A stretch of DNA of 64,000 nucleotides from an uncultured delta proteobacterium (GTDB lineage: Bacteria; Desulfobacterota; Desulfuromonadia; Geobacterales; DSM-12255). Every line of letters starts with the position of its first letter. Within the stretch, counting starts at the first letter, position 1. The stretch lies in the NCBI GenBank assembly GCA_963787125.1, contig CAWBBV010000006.1:32001-96000 (forward strand), written 5' to 3'. The position numbers were made by a program, and so were the translations under genes. Shown here one piece after another: positions 7,884 to 17,879 of the stretch. The notes under the pieces were generated by a model that saw nothing but the letters and a program-made list of their open reading frames with translations, was not told where the DNA came from and did no database searches.

Positions 7884-10800
7884 TCAGTGTCCCCCTTCCT
7901 GAGCGGAATCATGCTTCTCCGGCAGGCTCCCGTCATGGGGGCTATCAGGTGGATGCCCTCCAGCGGCGGCTTTCTTCAATTTCTTCGCCTTGTTGCGCTC
8001 GGTGAGGTTGTCAAAAAGGTAGAAGAATAGCGGCACGTAAAGCATTGCCAGGGTGGCTTCACCGATCATCCCCCCCATGATACCGGTACCGATGGAATGG
8101 CGGGCATTGGCGCCGGCGCCGGTGGCTATTGCCAGCGGTAGCACGCCGAAGATGAAGGCCAGCGAAGTCATGATGATCGGTCGGAAGCGCTCTTCGCCGG
8201 ACCGGATCGTGGCGTCCATAATTGACAGGCCCTGTTCGCGCAATTCGACGGCAAAGGTCACCCTGAGGACCGCATTCTTGGCCCCCAAACCGATCAGTAC
8301 CAGCAGGCCGATCTGGAAATAGACATCATTGTTGAGACCGCGCATCCAGTTGAAGCCGAGGGCGCCGAGGATACCGAACGGAACCGCCGTCATGACAGAG
8401 CCGGGCAGGGTCCAGGACTCGAACTGGGCGGCCAGCAGGAGGAAGACGATGATCAGTCCGAAGGCAAAGGCAGCGGCAGATGAACTGCCCGATTTCTTCT
8501 CCTCGAAGGCCATGCCCGACCAGGCAAAGCTGTAGCCTGCCGGGAGTGCTTCACGGGCCACTTCTTCCATCACATTGAGTGCCTCGCCCGAGCTGAAGCC
8601 TTCACTGGCATTCCCGGTCACCTGTGCAGCCGGGAAGCCGTTAAAGTGCGGCACCAGATCGGGATTCGTCACGAATTTGGTTGTCACCAGCGCAGACAAC
8701 GGCACCATCTGGCCATTGTTCGACCGGGTATAGAGCCGCGTTATGTCAGACGGAGTCTTGCGGTAGGGGGCGTCGGACTGGAGGATGACATTCCAGATCC
8801 GGCTATACTGGTTGAACTGGCTGACCTGAATCGAACCGAACTGGGCCTGCAGCGCGCTGTAGACGTCAGAAACCGGCACACCGAGCAGCACCGCCTTGTC
8901 CCGGTCGACCTCGGCCTTCAGCTGCTGTGAAGCAGCACGGAAGGTGGAGTTAAGACCGACCAGTTCTTTGCGCTGGCGGGCCTTGGCAAGGAACTGCTGG
9001 GTGACCTCATACAGTCGGGCCGGATCACCGCTCGACTTGTCCTGGACCCAGAACTCGAAGCCGCCGGTGGTGCCGATCCCCGGGATAGCCGGCGGCGGAA
9101 TCGGGATGGTCACACCCTCCTTGATTTCACGCGCAGCGCCGCCTATCTGTTTCAGTACAGCGTCGGAACTTTCCTTTTTCGCACGTTCCTTGCTTGAATA
9201 ACGCTCCTTGAAATCCTTGAGAGTCACGAAGAAAGTTGCCACATTCGGCTTGTACTGGCTGTCGATCAGGCTGTAGCCGCCGATCATCGTCCGGTTTTCC
9301 ACGGCCGGATTCTTGGCGAACAGCGCGTCCACCTTCATGGACATATCCGAAGTGCGGTTCAGACTGGCGGCATCAGGCAGCATGATCTGCGTAAACACAT
9401 AGCCCTGGTCCTCATTGGGGACGAAACTGGTCGGGATCGTTTTGAACAGGTGCACCAGACCAAACATCATAACGGCCAGCAGCACGAAGGCCACTGACAT
9501 CCGCTTGATCATCAGCACCACAGCATCGCCAAACATGAGAGTGAACTTGTCGAACATCCGGTTGAACCAGGCGAAGAAGCCTTTCTGGGGCGGCGGGTTA
9601 TGCTTCAGCATAACGCCGCACATGGCCGGGGTCAGGGTCAGCGCCACGAACCCTGAAAGGGCTACGGACACGACGATGGTGATGGCGAACTGCTTGTAAA
9701 GCTGGCCGGTCGTGCCGGGGAGGAAGGCGGCCGGGATGAAGACACACGCCATAACCAAAACCACCGCGATCAGCGAAGTGCCAATCTGCTCCATCGCCAG
9801 GATGGTGGCTTCTTTTGGCTGCATATGCTTCTTGATCATGTTGCTTTCCACGTTCTCCACGACGACGATCGCATCGTCGACCACCATGCCGATCGCCAGG
9901 ACGATGCCGAACAGGGTCAGCAGGTTGATGGAAAAGCCCATGGCCAGCATGCCGGCAAAGGTGCCAATAAGCGAGACAAAGACAGCCACCGTGCAGATGA
10001 TGGTGGCGCGGAAACTCTGCAGGAACAGGTAGACGACCAGAATGACCAGTATGATCGCCTCGTAGAGGGTTTTAAGAACCTCTTTGATAGAGAGGCGCAC
10101 GAACTCCGTCGTGTCCAGGGCGATGGTGTACTCAATGCCGTCGGGCAGGGTTTTCTTCAGTTCCTCCATGGTCTTGCGGACGCCCTTGGACACCTCGAGA
10201 CCATTGGCGCCGGCCTGTTGGTAGACGATGATCGGGGCGGCCGGCGCACCGTTCAGGCGGTTGTCGTCGATGTACTGCCGGCGGCCGGTCTCGGCGCGAG
10301 CGACGTCCTTGACCCGGACGACGGCACTGCCGTCCTGACTGGCACGGAGGATAATGTTCTCATATTCGGAGGGTTTGACGAACGGCGACTGGGTCACAAC
10401 CGGAAAGGTCAGCTGCACCGACTTGTCACTCGGCTGTGAACCGACCTGGCCGGCACCGAACAGGGCGTTCTGCTTGGAGACTGCAGTCTGGACATCGGTG
10501 GTGGTGATGCCAAGGGAGGCCATCCGGTCAGGGTCCAGCCAGATACGCATGGCCTGGTCCGGCACGCCGAAGATCTGGGCCTGGCCGGCTCCGGGCACCC
10601 GCTTGATAGCATCAAGAACGTAGACGTTGGCGTAATTGGTCACGTATTCTGGCGTGTAGCGGCCGTCCTTGTTGAACAGCGAGATAATCATCAGGGGGCT
10701 CGACGACTTCTTCTGCACCGATACGCCGTACTGCTTGACCGCGTCGGGGAGCTGCGGCATGGCCAGGTTCACCCGGTTCTGGACGTCCACCTGGGCGATG

Positions 10801-11105
10801 TCCGGATCGGTGTCGAGGGAAAAGAAGACCGTGATGGTCATCTGACCGGTGTTGGAACTGGTCGAAGTCATGTAGAGCAGCTTGTCGGCGCCGTTGATCT
10901 GCGCCTCTATCGGAGCAGCCACTGAATCGCCCACCGTTTTTGAGTCGGCACCCGGATAGGTTGTCGTGACCTGGATCGTCACCGGTGTGATCGTCGGGTA
11001 CTGGGCGACCGGCAAGGATTTCATGGCCACCAGACCGGCAATGACGATGATGAGGGAGAGGACCGTCGCGAAGATCGGCCGCTCGATGAAAAACTTGGAA
11101 AACAT
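7884..11105 (-). CDS. RND efflux permease, HAE1 (AcrB/MexB) family
   Basis: MFSKFFIERPIFA, GMVVDDAIVVVE, AKNA, RFRPIIMT; 1073 aa. Confidence 0.97.
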   Translation of the reverse strand: MFSKFFIERPIFATVLSLIIVIAGLVAMKSLPVAQYPTITPVTIQVTTTYPGADSKTVGDSVAAPIEAQINGADKLLYMTSTSSNTGQMTITVFFSLDTDPDIAQVDVQNRVNLAMPQLPDAVKQYGVSVQKKSSSPLMIISLFNKDGRYTPEYVTNYANVYVLDAIKRVPGAGQAQIFGVPDQAMRIWLDPDRMASLGITTTDVQTAVSKQNALFGAGQVGSQPSDKSVQLTFPVVTQSPFVKPSEYENIILRASQDGSAVVRVKDVARAETGRRQYIDDNRLNGAPAAPIIVYQQAGANGLEVSKGVRKTMEELKKTLPDGIEYTIALDTTEFVRLSIKEVLKTLYEAIILVILVVYLFLQSFRATIICTVAVFVSLIGTFAGMLAMGFSINLLTLFGIVLAIGMVVDDAIVVVENVESNMIKKHMQPKEATILAMEQIGTSLIAVVLVMACVFIPAAFLPGTTGQLYKQFAITIVVSVALSGFVALTLTPAMCGVMLKHNPPPQKGFFAWFNRMFDKFTLMFGDAVVLMIKRMSVAFVLLAVMMFGLVHLFKTIPTSFVPNEDQGYVFTQIMLPDAASLNRTSDMSMKVDALFAKNPAVENRTMIGGYSLIDSQYKPNVATFFVTLKDFKERYSSKERAKKESSDAVLKQIGGAAREIKEGVTIPIPPPAIPGIGTTGGFEFWVQDKSSGDPARLYEVTQQFLAKARQRKELVGLNSTFRAASQQLKAEVDRDKAVLLGVPVSDVYSALQAQFGSIQVSQFNQYSRIWNVILQSDAPYRKTPSDITRLYTRSNNGQMVPLSALVTTKFVTNPDLVPHFNGFPAAQVTGNASEGFSSGEALNVMEEVAREALPAGYSFAWSGMAFEEKKSGSSSAAAFAFGLIIVFLLLAAQFESWTLPGSVMTAVPFGILGALGFNWMRGLNNDVYFQIGLLVLIGLGAKNAVLRVTFAVELREQGLSIMDATIRSGEERFRPIIMTSLAFIFGVLPLAIATGAGANARHSIGTGIMGGMIGEATLAMLYVPLFFYLFDNLTERNKAKKLKKAAAGGHPPDSPHDGSLPEKHDSAQEGGH

Positions 11106-11120
11106 GGTAACCCTCCTCGG

Positions 11121-12362
11121 TCAGTTGCCCTTTTTGGCGGGAGCCTTCTTGGTGTCAGCGGCCGAAGCCGGAATCGGCTGCCCGGGTTGCGGCGGGGCGG
11201 CAGGGACCTTGATCGTTACCGTCACATCGGGGCGCAGCGTCAGACCGCCATTTACCACCACCCGTTCACCGGCCTTGAGCCCTTCGGTTATAAACCAGTC
11301 GCTGCCGATCAAGTCGCCTACCAACACCGGCCGGGCTTCCGCCTTGCTCTCCTTGCTTATGACCCAGACAAAATGTCCCTTTGCCCCCTGCTGCACCACC
11401 CGCTGCGGGACAACGATCGCGTTGGGCCGGATGGCACCCTTGACACGGGCGCGGACATACTGGTTGGGACGAAGAGCGGCTTTGGGATTGTTGACGCTGG
11501 CCCGGATCAGGAACGTGCCGGTCTGGGCGTTGAACGATGGATCGGCAAAGGTTATCCGTCCGGTCTGGGGGAAGATGGAACCGTCGACCTGGACAACTTC
11601 GACCACGTAATTCTGCCCGGCCGGAGGACGAATCTGTCCTTTTTCAACCTGGTCGCGGTAGGTCTTGATCTCGTTTTCAGAAAGGCTGAAGTTGACCCAC
11701 ATCGGCGACAGGACCGCTACAGTCGTCAGCAGGCTGTTCGTCTGATTGAGGTAGGCGCCGTCCTGCTGTAGAGCCGAGGAAGTAATGCCATTGACCGGTG
11801 AGGCTATCGTGCAGTAGGAAAGATTGAGCTGAGCCGTCTGCAGCTGGGCCTTGGCTATCTCCACTGCCGCTGCTGCCGACTCGTAGGCGCCGGTGGCATC
11901 ATCCAGGTCCTTCTGCGAAAGGGCGTTTTTGGCAGTCAGGGGTTTGGTCCGCTCAAGGTTGAGACGGGCCGTCTCCATGGCCGCCTTCTGCCGCGACAGG
12001 GCCGCTGCTGCTGCATCCACCTGGACCTGGAACGGTTTCTTGTCCATCAGGAAAAGGATGTCACCCGCCTTTACCATGGTCCCTTCAGTGTAGACCCGCT
12101 TTTCGAGGAATCCGTTCACCCGTGCCTGGATGTTCACCTGCTGTGAGCTCTGGGTCTGGGCGACATATTCCATGGTAATCGGCGTGTCTTTGGCAACGAC
12201 CTGGGTCACCTCGACCGTCGGCGGCGGTGGTGGTGGCGCCTGCACCTTTTCCTTGCAACCGCTTGCCAGTAGTGCGACAAAACAGGTAACGGCAACCGCG
12301 GCAACACCCGCTGCACCCCTGACTGACCCTGAGCTGACCCGGCTAAAAAAACAATTATTCAT
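11121..12362 (-). CDS. RND periplasmic adaptor (membrane fusion protein)
   Basis: Lipobox ASGC, IQARVNGFL, IASPVNG, LRPNQYVR, EGLKAGERVVV. Confidence 0.95.
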   Translation of the reverse strand: MNNCFFSRVSSGSVRGAAGVAAVAVTCFVALLASGCKEKVQAPPPPPPTVEVTQVVAKDTPITMEYVAQTQSSQQVNIQARVNGFLEKRVYTEGTMVKAGDILFLMDKKPFQVQVDAAAAALSRQKAAMETARLNLERTKPLTAKNALSQKDLDDATGAYESAAAAVEIAKAQLQTAQLNLSYCTIASPVNGITSSALQQDGAYLNQTNSLLTTVAVLSPMWVNFSLSENEIKTYRDQVEKGQIRPPAGQNYVVEVVQVDGSIFPQTGRITFADPSFNAQTGTFLIRASVNNPKAALRPNQYVRARVKGAIRPNAIVVPQRVVQQGAKGHFVWVISKESKAEARPVLVGDLIGSDWFITEGLKAGERVVVNGGLTLRPDVTVTIKVPAAPPQPGQPIPASAADTKKAPAKKGN

Positions 12363-12482
12363 CTTACCCCCCTCTTTGTGCAGTGATCTTTTATCATATT
12401 TTAATCGGCTAGTGTCAATATGGTTTTCCGGAGCAGCTGCGTTTTTTCAAATCGCAACTTGTAACTAGCAACTGATTGCTTT

Positions 12483-13460
12483 CTAACAGAGTTCCCGCAA
12501 CTCCTTACCAGGAATAGAAACCAGCACCACCACCAACTGGCGTCCTTCCGCATTGCGCAGTTCAGTGAACGTCAAGGCAGGAGCGTCAATGGATGCCTCA
12601 TTATGCTTTATTGCCATCTTGTCAACGAAGATTGTTGCGCCCTTCCCCAGCAGATACTCGGCCGGTTTTCCCAGCACATCAGTGACGATCTGCAGATAGG
12701 CTTCACTTTCGCGGTCGTCGCCGCCAAATTCCTGCAGTTGTGCTTCAATCTGCCCGAGACGCTTTTCTACTTCAGCAACATCGAGTTTTTCAGTTGACCC
12801 GGTACTGAGGTCAAATCCCCACCCCTCACGTTCAAGCAGGTTCATCTTTGCCTGAAGCAACGTGCGTCGTCGTTCCAGGTCTTTCCGCTCAGACTTCACA
12901 AAGGCAAGTCGCTTGAGCGCCAGACTGAGCAGATGGTCGTAAGCCCGGCGCATCAGCAGTCGGCGTGCTTGAGTCTCGTCTGCTGCCGGGTCGACGAGAC
13001 GGTGACCGTCGAAACTGACCGTCATTTTGGGGACATCGCGGATAATGATATCGCCCGCCAATTCGGCGCCGAAAATCACTTTTTCCTCTTTCTCCATTGC
13101 CAGCAGGGCAACAATCTGCGGCGAGTCGCCAGCCGGTCCCGCCAAAAACTCGGCAAGGTTCTGATCTTTACTGAAAACATTTTTCAAGTGTTTCCCGGAA
13201 ACAAAAAAACCTTTGAGCCGGTCATCATCTTCAAAGCTGCCCAAAGCCACCGACAGGGGTGCGGGAAAACCGTTCACCAGGGCTACGACGTGATCAATGG
13301 CTTGAATCACCGCCGGTCGCAGTTTTTTCTTATAGCCCGATACCGAGCGCAGCCACGGATCGGTACCGTCCACTGCCCGTTCAATGGCTTCATTGACAAG
13401 TGACTCCGGGTAACTCCCCTGCTTTGCTGTGCCGAAAATGGATTGCAGCAGTTTCAACAT
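12483..13460 (-). CDS. Hypothetical cytoplasmic protein downstream of ppk1
   Basis: Long ORF with GGAGG RBS before ATG 13460; coiled-coil segment; no recognised motif. Confidence 0.75.
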   Translation of the reverse strand: MLKLLQSIFGTAKQGSYPESLVNEAIERAVDGTDPWLRSVSGYKKKLRPAVIQAIDHVVALVNGFPAPLSVALGSFEDDDRLKGFFVSGKHLKNVFSKDQNLAEFLAGPAGDSPQIVALLAMEKEEKVIFGAELAGDIIIRDVPKMTVSFDGHRLVDPAADETQARRLLMRRAYDHLLSLALKRLAFVKSERKDLERRRTLLQAKMNLLEREGWGFDLSTGSTEKLDVAEVEKRLGQIEAQLQEFGGDDRESEAYLQIVTDVLGKPAEYLLGKGATIFVDKMAIKHNEASIDAPALTFTELRNAEGRQLVVVLVSIPGKELRELC

Positions 13461-13496
13461 GTTCAGCCTCCTATACCAGAGATACAAAAAACCAAG

Positions 13497-15887
13497 TCAG
13501 TCTTTGACGGCTGTTAACCCTTTGAGCGTGCGCTTCTTTAACCGGGAAGCCTGCCGGTGAAGCTTTGCTGACAATTCGATAAGGCTTTGCTGGCAGCTCT
13601 TTGCTTCATCACCTTTGGCAGGTATTCGCTGAATATAACTGCCGTCGGGCTGCATATCCCAGGCGCTGCGCCGGTCAGTCAGCTGTATGTCGAGAAACTG
13701 CCGCAGCTCCCGCTGCAGTTTGAGGCGCTCCACCGGTACCACCACCTCAACCCGGCTCTCCAGGTTGCGCTGCATGGCATCGGCCGAACCGATCAGATAC
13801 TCCTCTTTGCCACCGTTGCGGAAATAATAAAGACGGGCGTGCTCAAGAAAGCGACCGACAATACTGATAACATGGATATTTTCGGAGAGCCCGGCCAGAC
13901 CAGGACGGAGCAGGCAGCTGTCGCGAATAATGAGATCGACGCGCACCCCGGCCAGCGAGGCACGGTAGAGGGCGCGAGCGATGTCCGGATCATCCATCGC
14001 ATTCATCTTGAACTGGATCAGTCCCGGATCCTTTTCCCGGTGGGCTGCTATCTCCCGTTCAATTCTGGCTATGAGCGCTTTTTTGAGAAGCTTGGGCGCC
14101 GGCAGGATTTTGCTGTAGTGACGCTTGGGGGTATAGCCGGTAGTCAGGTAGTTGAACAGTTCAGTGACATCCTGACCAACCTTTTCGTCGCAGGTAAACA
14201 GTCCCAGGTCGCTATAGAGCCGGGCAGTGCCGTGGTGATAGTTGCCGGTGCCGAAATGGAGGTAACGGCGCAGACCATTATAATCGCTGCGAATCACCAT
14301 AATGACCTTGCAGTGGGTTTTCAGTCCCATCACCCCGTAAGTAACATGAATGCCGGCCTGCTCCATCCGCTCCGCCAGGCGGATGTTGGCAGCTTCGTCA
14401 AAGCGGGCCTTCAACTCCACCACCACCGCAACCTGCTTGCCGTTTTCAGCGGCGTTAATGAGGAAATCGACAATACGGCTGTCAGTCGCCGTGCGATAAA
14501 GGGTCATTTTGATGGCCCGAACCTTGGGGTCATCCGCCGCTTCTTGAATAAAACGCTCAACAGAGGTGCTGAATGATTGATAGGGATGCTGCAGCAGGAT
14601 TGATCCGGCATCGCGGATAATGTGAAAAATGCTGCGCGGACTGAGCAGTTGCGGATGGTCAATCGGCTGGTGCGGCGCTTCCTTGAGATGGGGATAATCA
14701 AGGGAGGCAAGCTCCATCAGGTCGCGCATAGCCAGCATACCGGTCGTTTCAAAAACATCGGCGACTTCATCCAGGTTCAGCTCAGCAGCAAGGTGGCCGC
14801 GATGCAACGGCGTCATGCGCTGCAGCACCTCCATACGGACGATAGGCGCGAATTTCCGTTCCCGCAGTTCCGATTCGATCAAGGCCATCAAGTCGTCGGC
14901 CTGCTCCTCGTTCCTCTCCGTGTTGGCGTTACGGGTGACTCGAAACAGCTCATGGGAAACAATTACCATCCCCGGGAACAGCATATCAAGATTTTGACAG
15001 ATAACCTCTTCGAGCAGGACAAAGGTGTCGCTGCCTGCAACACGGATAAAGCGGGGAATGCCCGCCCCGACCGGCACTTTGATCCGGGCCAGCGAAGTCT
15101 CTTTATCCTTGCGGTAGTGCAGTTTAACAAGAATATTGAGGGAGAGGTTGGATATAAAGGGGAATGGGTGGGCAGGATCCATTACCTGAGGAGTTATCAG
15201 CGGAAAAATATTCTGATAATAGTAGGTCCCAACCTTCTTCCTCTCCTTTGGGGTGAGATCCTTGTAGGAGTTTACGGTTATTCCAGATATTTTCAGGAGT
15301 TTTAACAACTGCTGTAGCAGCTTTTCCTTGCGCCGCTCAAGATCGTGAACCACCGCATAGCAATCGACAATCTGCTGCCGGGGAGTGCGACCATCCACGG
15401 TCTGCGTGTGGATGCCGGCTTCCACCTGTTGCTTGAGACCGCCGATCCGCTTCATGAAAAACTCGTCGAGGTTGGAACTGACGATGGCAACAAATTTACA
15501 CCGCTCCAGCAATGGTGTCCGCTCGTCCTCGGCTTCGTGCAGAACCCGGCGATTGAACTCCAGCCAGGTCAGTTCCCGGTTCAGGTAGAGAGCAGAATCG
15601 TTCAGATTGACGAATTGTTGCTGTTTCCTCTCCAGGCCCGCCTTTTGCCTGACTGGCTCCGGCTTGGTTGTCTGTAACTGAGCGGACAACTCAGGTTTTG
15701 CCATGGGGACGGCATACAGATTTCTGCCGCGTCTCGGCTTTAGCTCTTCCGGATTAGATGCAGGCACTATAATCGCGCTTGACAGTTCGGCAACCGGAGC
15801 AATCACGCTTGCTTCGCTCTGGTTTACAGGCTCATTGACCGTTTTGACTGAACTGGAATTGCATGCCAATTTACTATTTTTGCTCAT
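13497..15887 (-). CDS. ppk1: Polyphosphate kinase 1
   Basis: YLNRELTWLEFNRRVL, SNLDEFFMKR, DPAHPFPFISNLSLN, QHPY, ELKARFDE, KTHCK, GRFLEH. Confidence 0.97.
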   Translation of the reverse strand: MSKNSKLACNSSSVKTVNEPVNQSEASVIAPVAELSSAIIVPASNPEELKPRRGRNLYAVPMAKPELSAQLQTTKPEPVRQKAGLERKQQQFVNLNDSALYLNRELTWLEFNRRVLHEAEDERTPLLERCKFVAIVSSNLDEFFMKRIGGLKQQVEAGIHTQTVDGRTPRQQIVDCYAVVHDLERRKEKLLQQLLKLLKISGITVNSYKDLTPKERKKVGTYYYQNIFPLITPQVMDPAHPFPFISNLSLNILVKLHYRKDKETSLARIKVPVGAGIPRFIRVAGSDTFVLLEEVICQNLDMLFPGMVIVSHELFRVTRNANTERNEEQADDLMALIESELRERKFAPIVRMEVLQRMTPLHRGHLAAELNLDEVADVFETTGMLAMRDLMELASLDYPHLKEAPHQPIDHPQLLSPRSIFHIIRDAGSILLQHPYQSFSTSVERFIQEAADDPKVRAIKMTLYRTATDSRIVDFLINAAENGKQVAVVVELKARFDEAANIRLAERMEQAGIHVTYGVMGLKTHCKVIMVIRSDYNGLRRYLHFGTGNYHHGTARLYSDLGLFTCDEKVGQDVTELFNYLTTGYTPKRHYSKILPAPKLLKKALIARIEREIAAHREKDPGLIQFKMNAMDDPDIARALYRASLAGVRVDLIIRDSCLLRPGLAGLSENIHVISIVGRFLEHARLYYFRNGGKEEYLIGSADAMQRNLESRVEVVVPVERLKLQRELRQFLDIQLTDRRSAWDMQPDGSYIQRIPAKGDEAKSCQQSLIELSAKLHRQASRLKKRTLKGLTAVKD

Positions 15888-15972
15888 TTATACCTTCCGT
15901 TTATTTAAATGCAAGCCGTGCCGCTGACTGGAATAATCGCCATCACGATCGCAATTGTTGAGACTGCCCGTA

Positions 15973-16671
15973 TTAACCTTTATCCCTGTTCATCACTTCA
16001 AGGGAAACCAGCCGTGCCAGAAGAGTGGCAGGATAAAGCTGGCCGCACAAAGCCTCCATAATGGCAAACATCCGTGACACATCGTGGGTTGGAGTAATAT
16101 CGCCATAACCGACCGTAGTCAGGGTAACAAAACTGAAGTAGGTCAGGATCTGCTGACGTTCCGCACTGAACAATACCCCCGCTGCGGGAAGGCTGAAGGC
16201 GTTGGGCAGTATCTGGTCAAGGAGGCCATAAAGAGTTGACCAGGTCAAACCGAACAGCAGATAGACGGCAATAGCCCCCTTGATTTTATCAACCGTCACC
16301 GGGCCACTTTCTTGGAACACTTTGCGGAGAAACACCATAGTCAGTATGATCATGAAAATGAACGTTGCGAACCCGCCCCAGAGGAAAATTACCGGCGTCG
16401 GCGCCAAATGCATCATCCAGCGCAGCACGACAGCGATGCCCGCAACAATACCGGCTAGAAACCTTATAGCCGGGTGTAACGACATACTGATGACCCCGAA
16501 AACCATGAAAAGTGTAAGAAACAGACTTGTCAGCAGGCGTGCCGGCACGGAGTCAACAAAAGGTGCGAGAAAAAAGGCAAGAAAGAGGAGATAGAGAAAT
16601 ACGGAAAGTCTCTTTTCTCCCCACAAAGAGTCATGCAACTTGCTGAATATTTTTGGCACATGATAGCTCAT
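15973..16671 (-). CDS. Potassium channel family protein
   Basis: Multiple TM helices and YFSFVTLTTVGYGDI selectivity filter. Confidence 0.9.
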   Translation of the reverse strand: MSYHVPKIFSKLHDSLWGEKRLSVFLYLLFLAFFLAPFVDSVPARLLTSLFLTLFMVFGVISMSLHPAIRFLAGIVAGIAVVLRWMMHLAPTPVIFLWGGFATFIFMIILTMVFLRKVFQESGPVTVDKIKGAIAVYLLFGLTWSTLYGLLDQILPNAFSLPAAGVLFSAERQQILTYFSFVTLTTVGYGDITPTHDVSRMFAIMEALCGQLYPATLLARLVSLEVMNRDKG

Positions 16672-16744
16672 AACAATGCGATTCCAATGAGACCTGAGGA
16701 GGTCAGCTCTATTCTGTTTCTCGGTTTAGTCACAGCTCTGCCTT

Positions 16745-16981
16745 TCAATGCTTGCCCAGGTGCTTGGTGACAAGTTTTTCCACAATCTGCTCAAGCGTCT
16801 TTTCCTTCCGTGCCGCTTCAGCTTTGAGCCGGGCAACGACCTCCGCTTTAAGCGCAAGAGTGACACTGGTCCGCTCCGGATCGCCACCAGCCGTTGGAGT
16901 CCCAAGGGCTGCAAAGCGGAGAATACTGTCTGCGTCGAAAACCGGTTTATGCAGGGATGGTTTGGTCTTGGCGCGCGTCAT
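16745..16981 (-). CDS. Small ribbon-helix-helix-like protein, putative ParA partner
   Basis: ATGA overlap with parA stop; basic N-terminus MTRAKTKPSLHK; C-terminal TSVTLALKAEVVARLKAEAARKEKTLEQIVEKLV fits beta-alpha-alpha. Confidence 0.7.
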   Translation of the reverse strand: MTRAKTKPSLHKPVFDADSILRFAALGTPTAGGDPERTSVTLALKAEVVARLKAEAARKEKTLEQIVEKLVTKHLGKH

Positions 16982-17640
16982 TGCCCCTTCTCCTTGAGAA
17001 TACTTTTCACTTCGGCGGCAAGCGCCAGAATCTCGGCATGGGCGACCCTGTCCAGCCACTCATCTACCGACAGACCTCTTGCCAGAGCCTCGCTATAGGC
17101 CACTCGATAGCTGAGACGGGCAGTCAGTTCCTTCAGCCCCAATTCTGTGCGGGCCGCCCCGCTCACCTCAAGCGCCTCCCGGGTGTTGCCCCGGTAGCGG
17201 TTCCAGACGATGCGGGCGTCGATATCAGCCCGGAATTCACGTGCCGCACTGATAGTCTTCAGCAGATCCTGCGTTGACCATATTTCCGCAGCACTGGCCC
17301 CCAGCGGAATAAGACTGAGTCTGCTCATGACAATGATAGCCCGGGTCATCTCGGCGATACGTGGTGGCGCATCTATAACAATGTAGTGGTGCGTCTTCGA
17401 GAGCTCCTGAGCCAAACTGACCAGTTCACGATAATCACCAGCGGTAGCGAGAGTGAGGTTGGCAGACGCCACTTCCGAGTTTCGCACAGCGTACCATGAA
17501 GCGCTTGTCCCCTGGGGGAGGTCACAGTCAATCAGTGCCGTCGGCTGTTTGAGTGAAAAAACAGCCGCCAGATTGGTTGCTATGGTTGACCGCCCTACCC
17601 CGCCCTTCACCTGGATGATGCCGACTATCTGCGCCATCAT
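16978..17640 (-). CDS. Short ParA/ParF-family ATPase
   Basis: KGGVGRSTIATNLA (deviant Walker A), LIDCDLPQG, IVIDAPP (Walker B); no N-terminal HTH. Confidence 0.9.
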   Translation of the reverse strand: MMAQIVGIIQVKGGVGRSTIATNLAAVFSLKQPTALIDCDLPQGTSASWYAVRNSEVASANLTLATAGDYRELVSLAQELSKTHHYIVIDAPPRIAEMTRAIIVMSRLSLIPLGASAAEIWSTQDLLKTISAAREFRADIDARIVWNRYRGNTREALEVSGAARTELGLKELTARLSYRVAYSEALARGLSVDEWLDRVAHAEILALAAEVKSILKEKGQ

Positions 17641-17645
17641 CTCAC

Positions 17646-17807
17646 TCACATTTCGACCGGCTTGCAGAGGTAGTCGCTCTCTTTTGCCACCCGACCGCAT
17701 TTGCGGCAGATGAAGTGTGGCGGATTGACGAGCTCCTTCAGCTTTTCCAGGTCATCCCTGACTTCATCCTTCTCCCACTTGCAGATAGTTTTCATTCCTT
17801 TGGCCAT
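17646..17807 (-). CDS. 53-aa Cys-containing (Zn-finger-like) protein
   Basis: Hand-translated: MAKGMKTICKWEKDEVRDDLEKLKELVNPPHFICRKCGRVAKESDYLCKPVEM; AAGGAG RBS; fills the ppk2-parA gap. Confidence 0.75.
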   Translation of the reverse strand: MAKGMKTICKWEKDEVRDDLEKLKELVNPPHFICRKCGRVAKESDYLCKPVEM

Positions 17808-17879
17808 CGAACAACTCCTTTTTTACCTAAATCTGCAGAGCGAGTGATCCAGACTGATGTCGTCCATGGATGAACGGCA

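Noticed and set aside
16745..17640. Plasmid or prophage partition cassette indicating an integrated replicon
   Set aside because: No rep, integrase, phage genes or iterated centromere repeats nearby; genes are embedded in the ppk operon. Not fully excluded.
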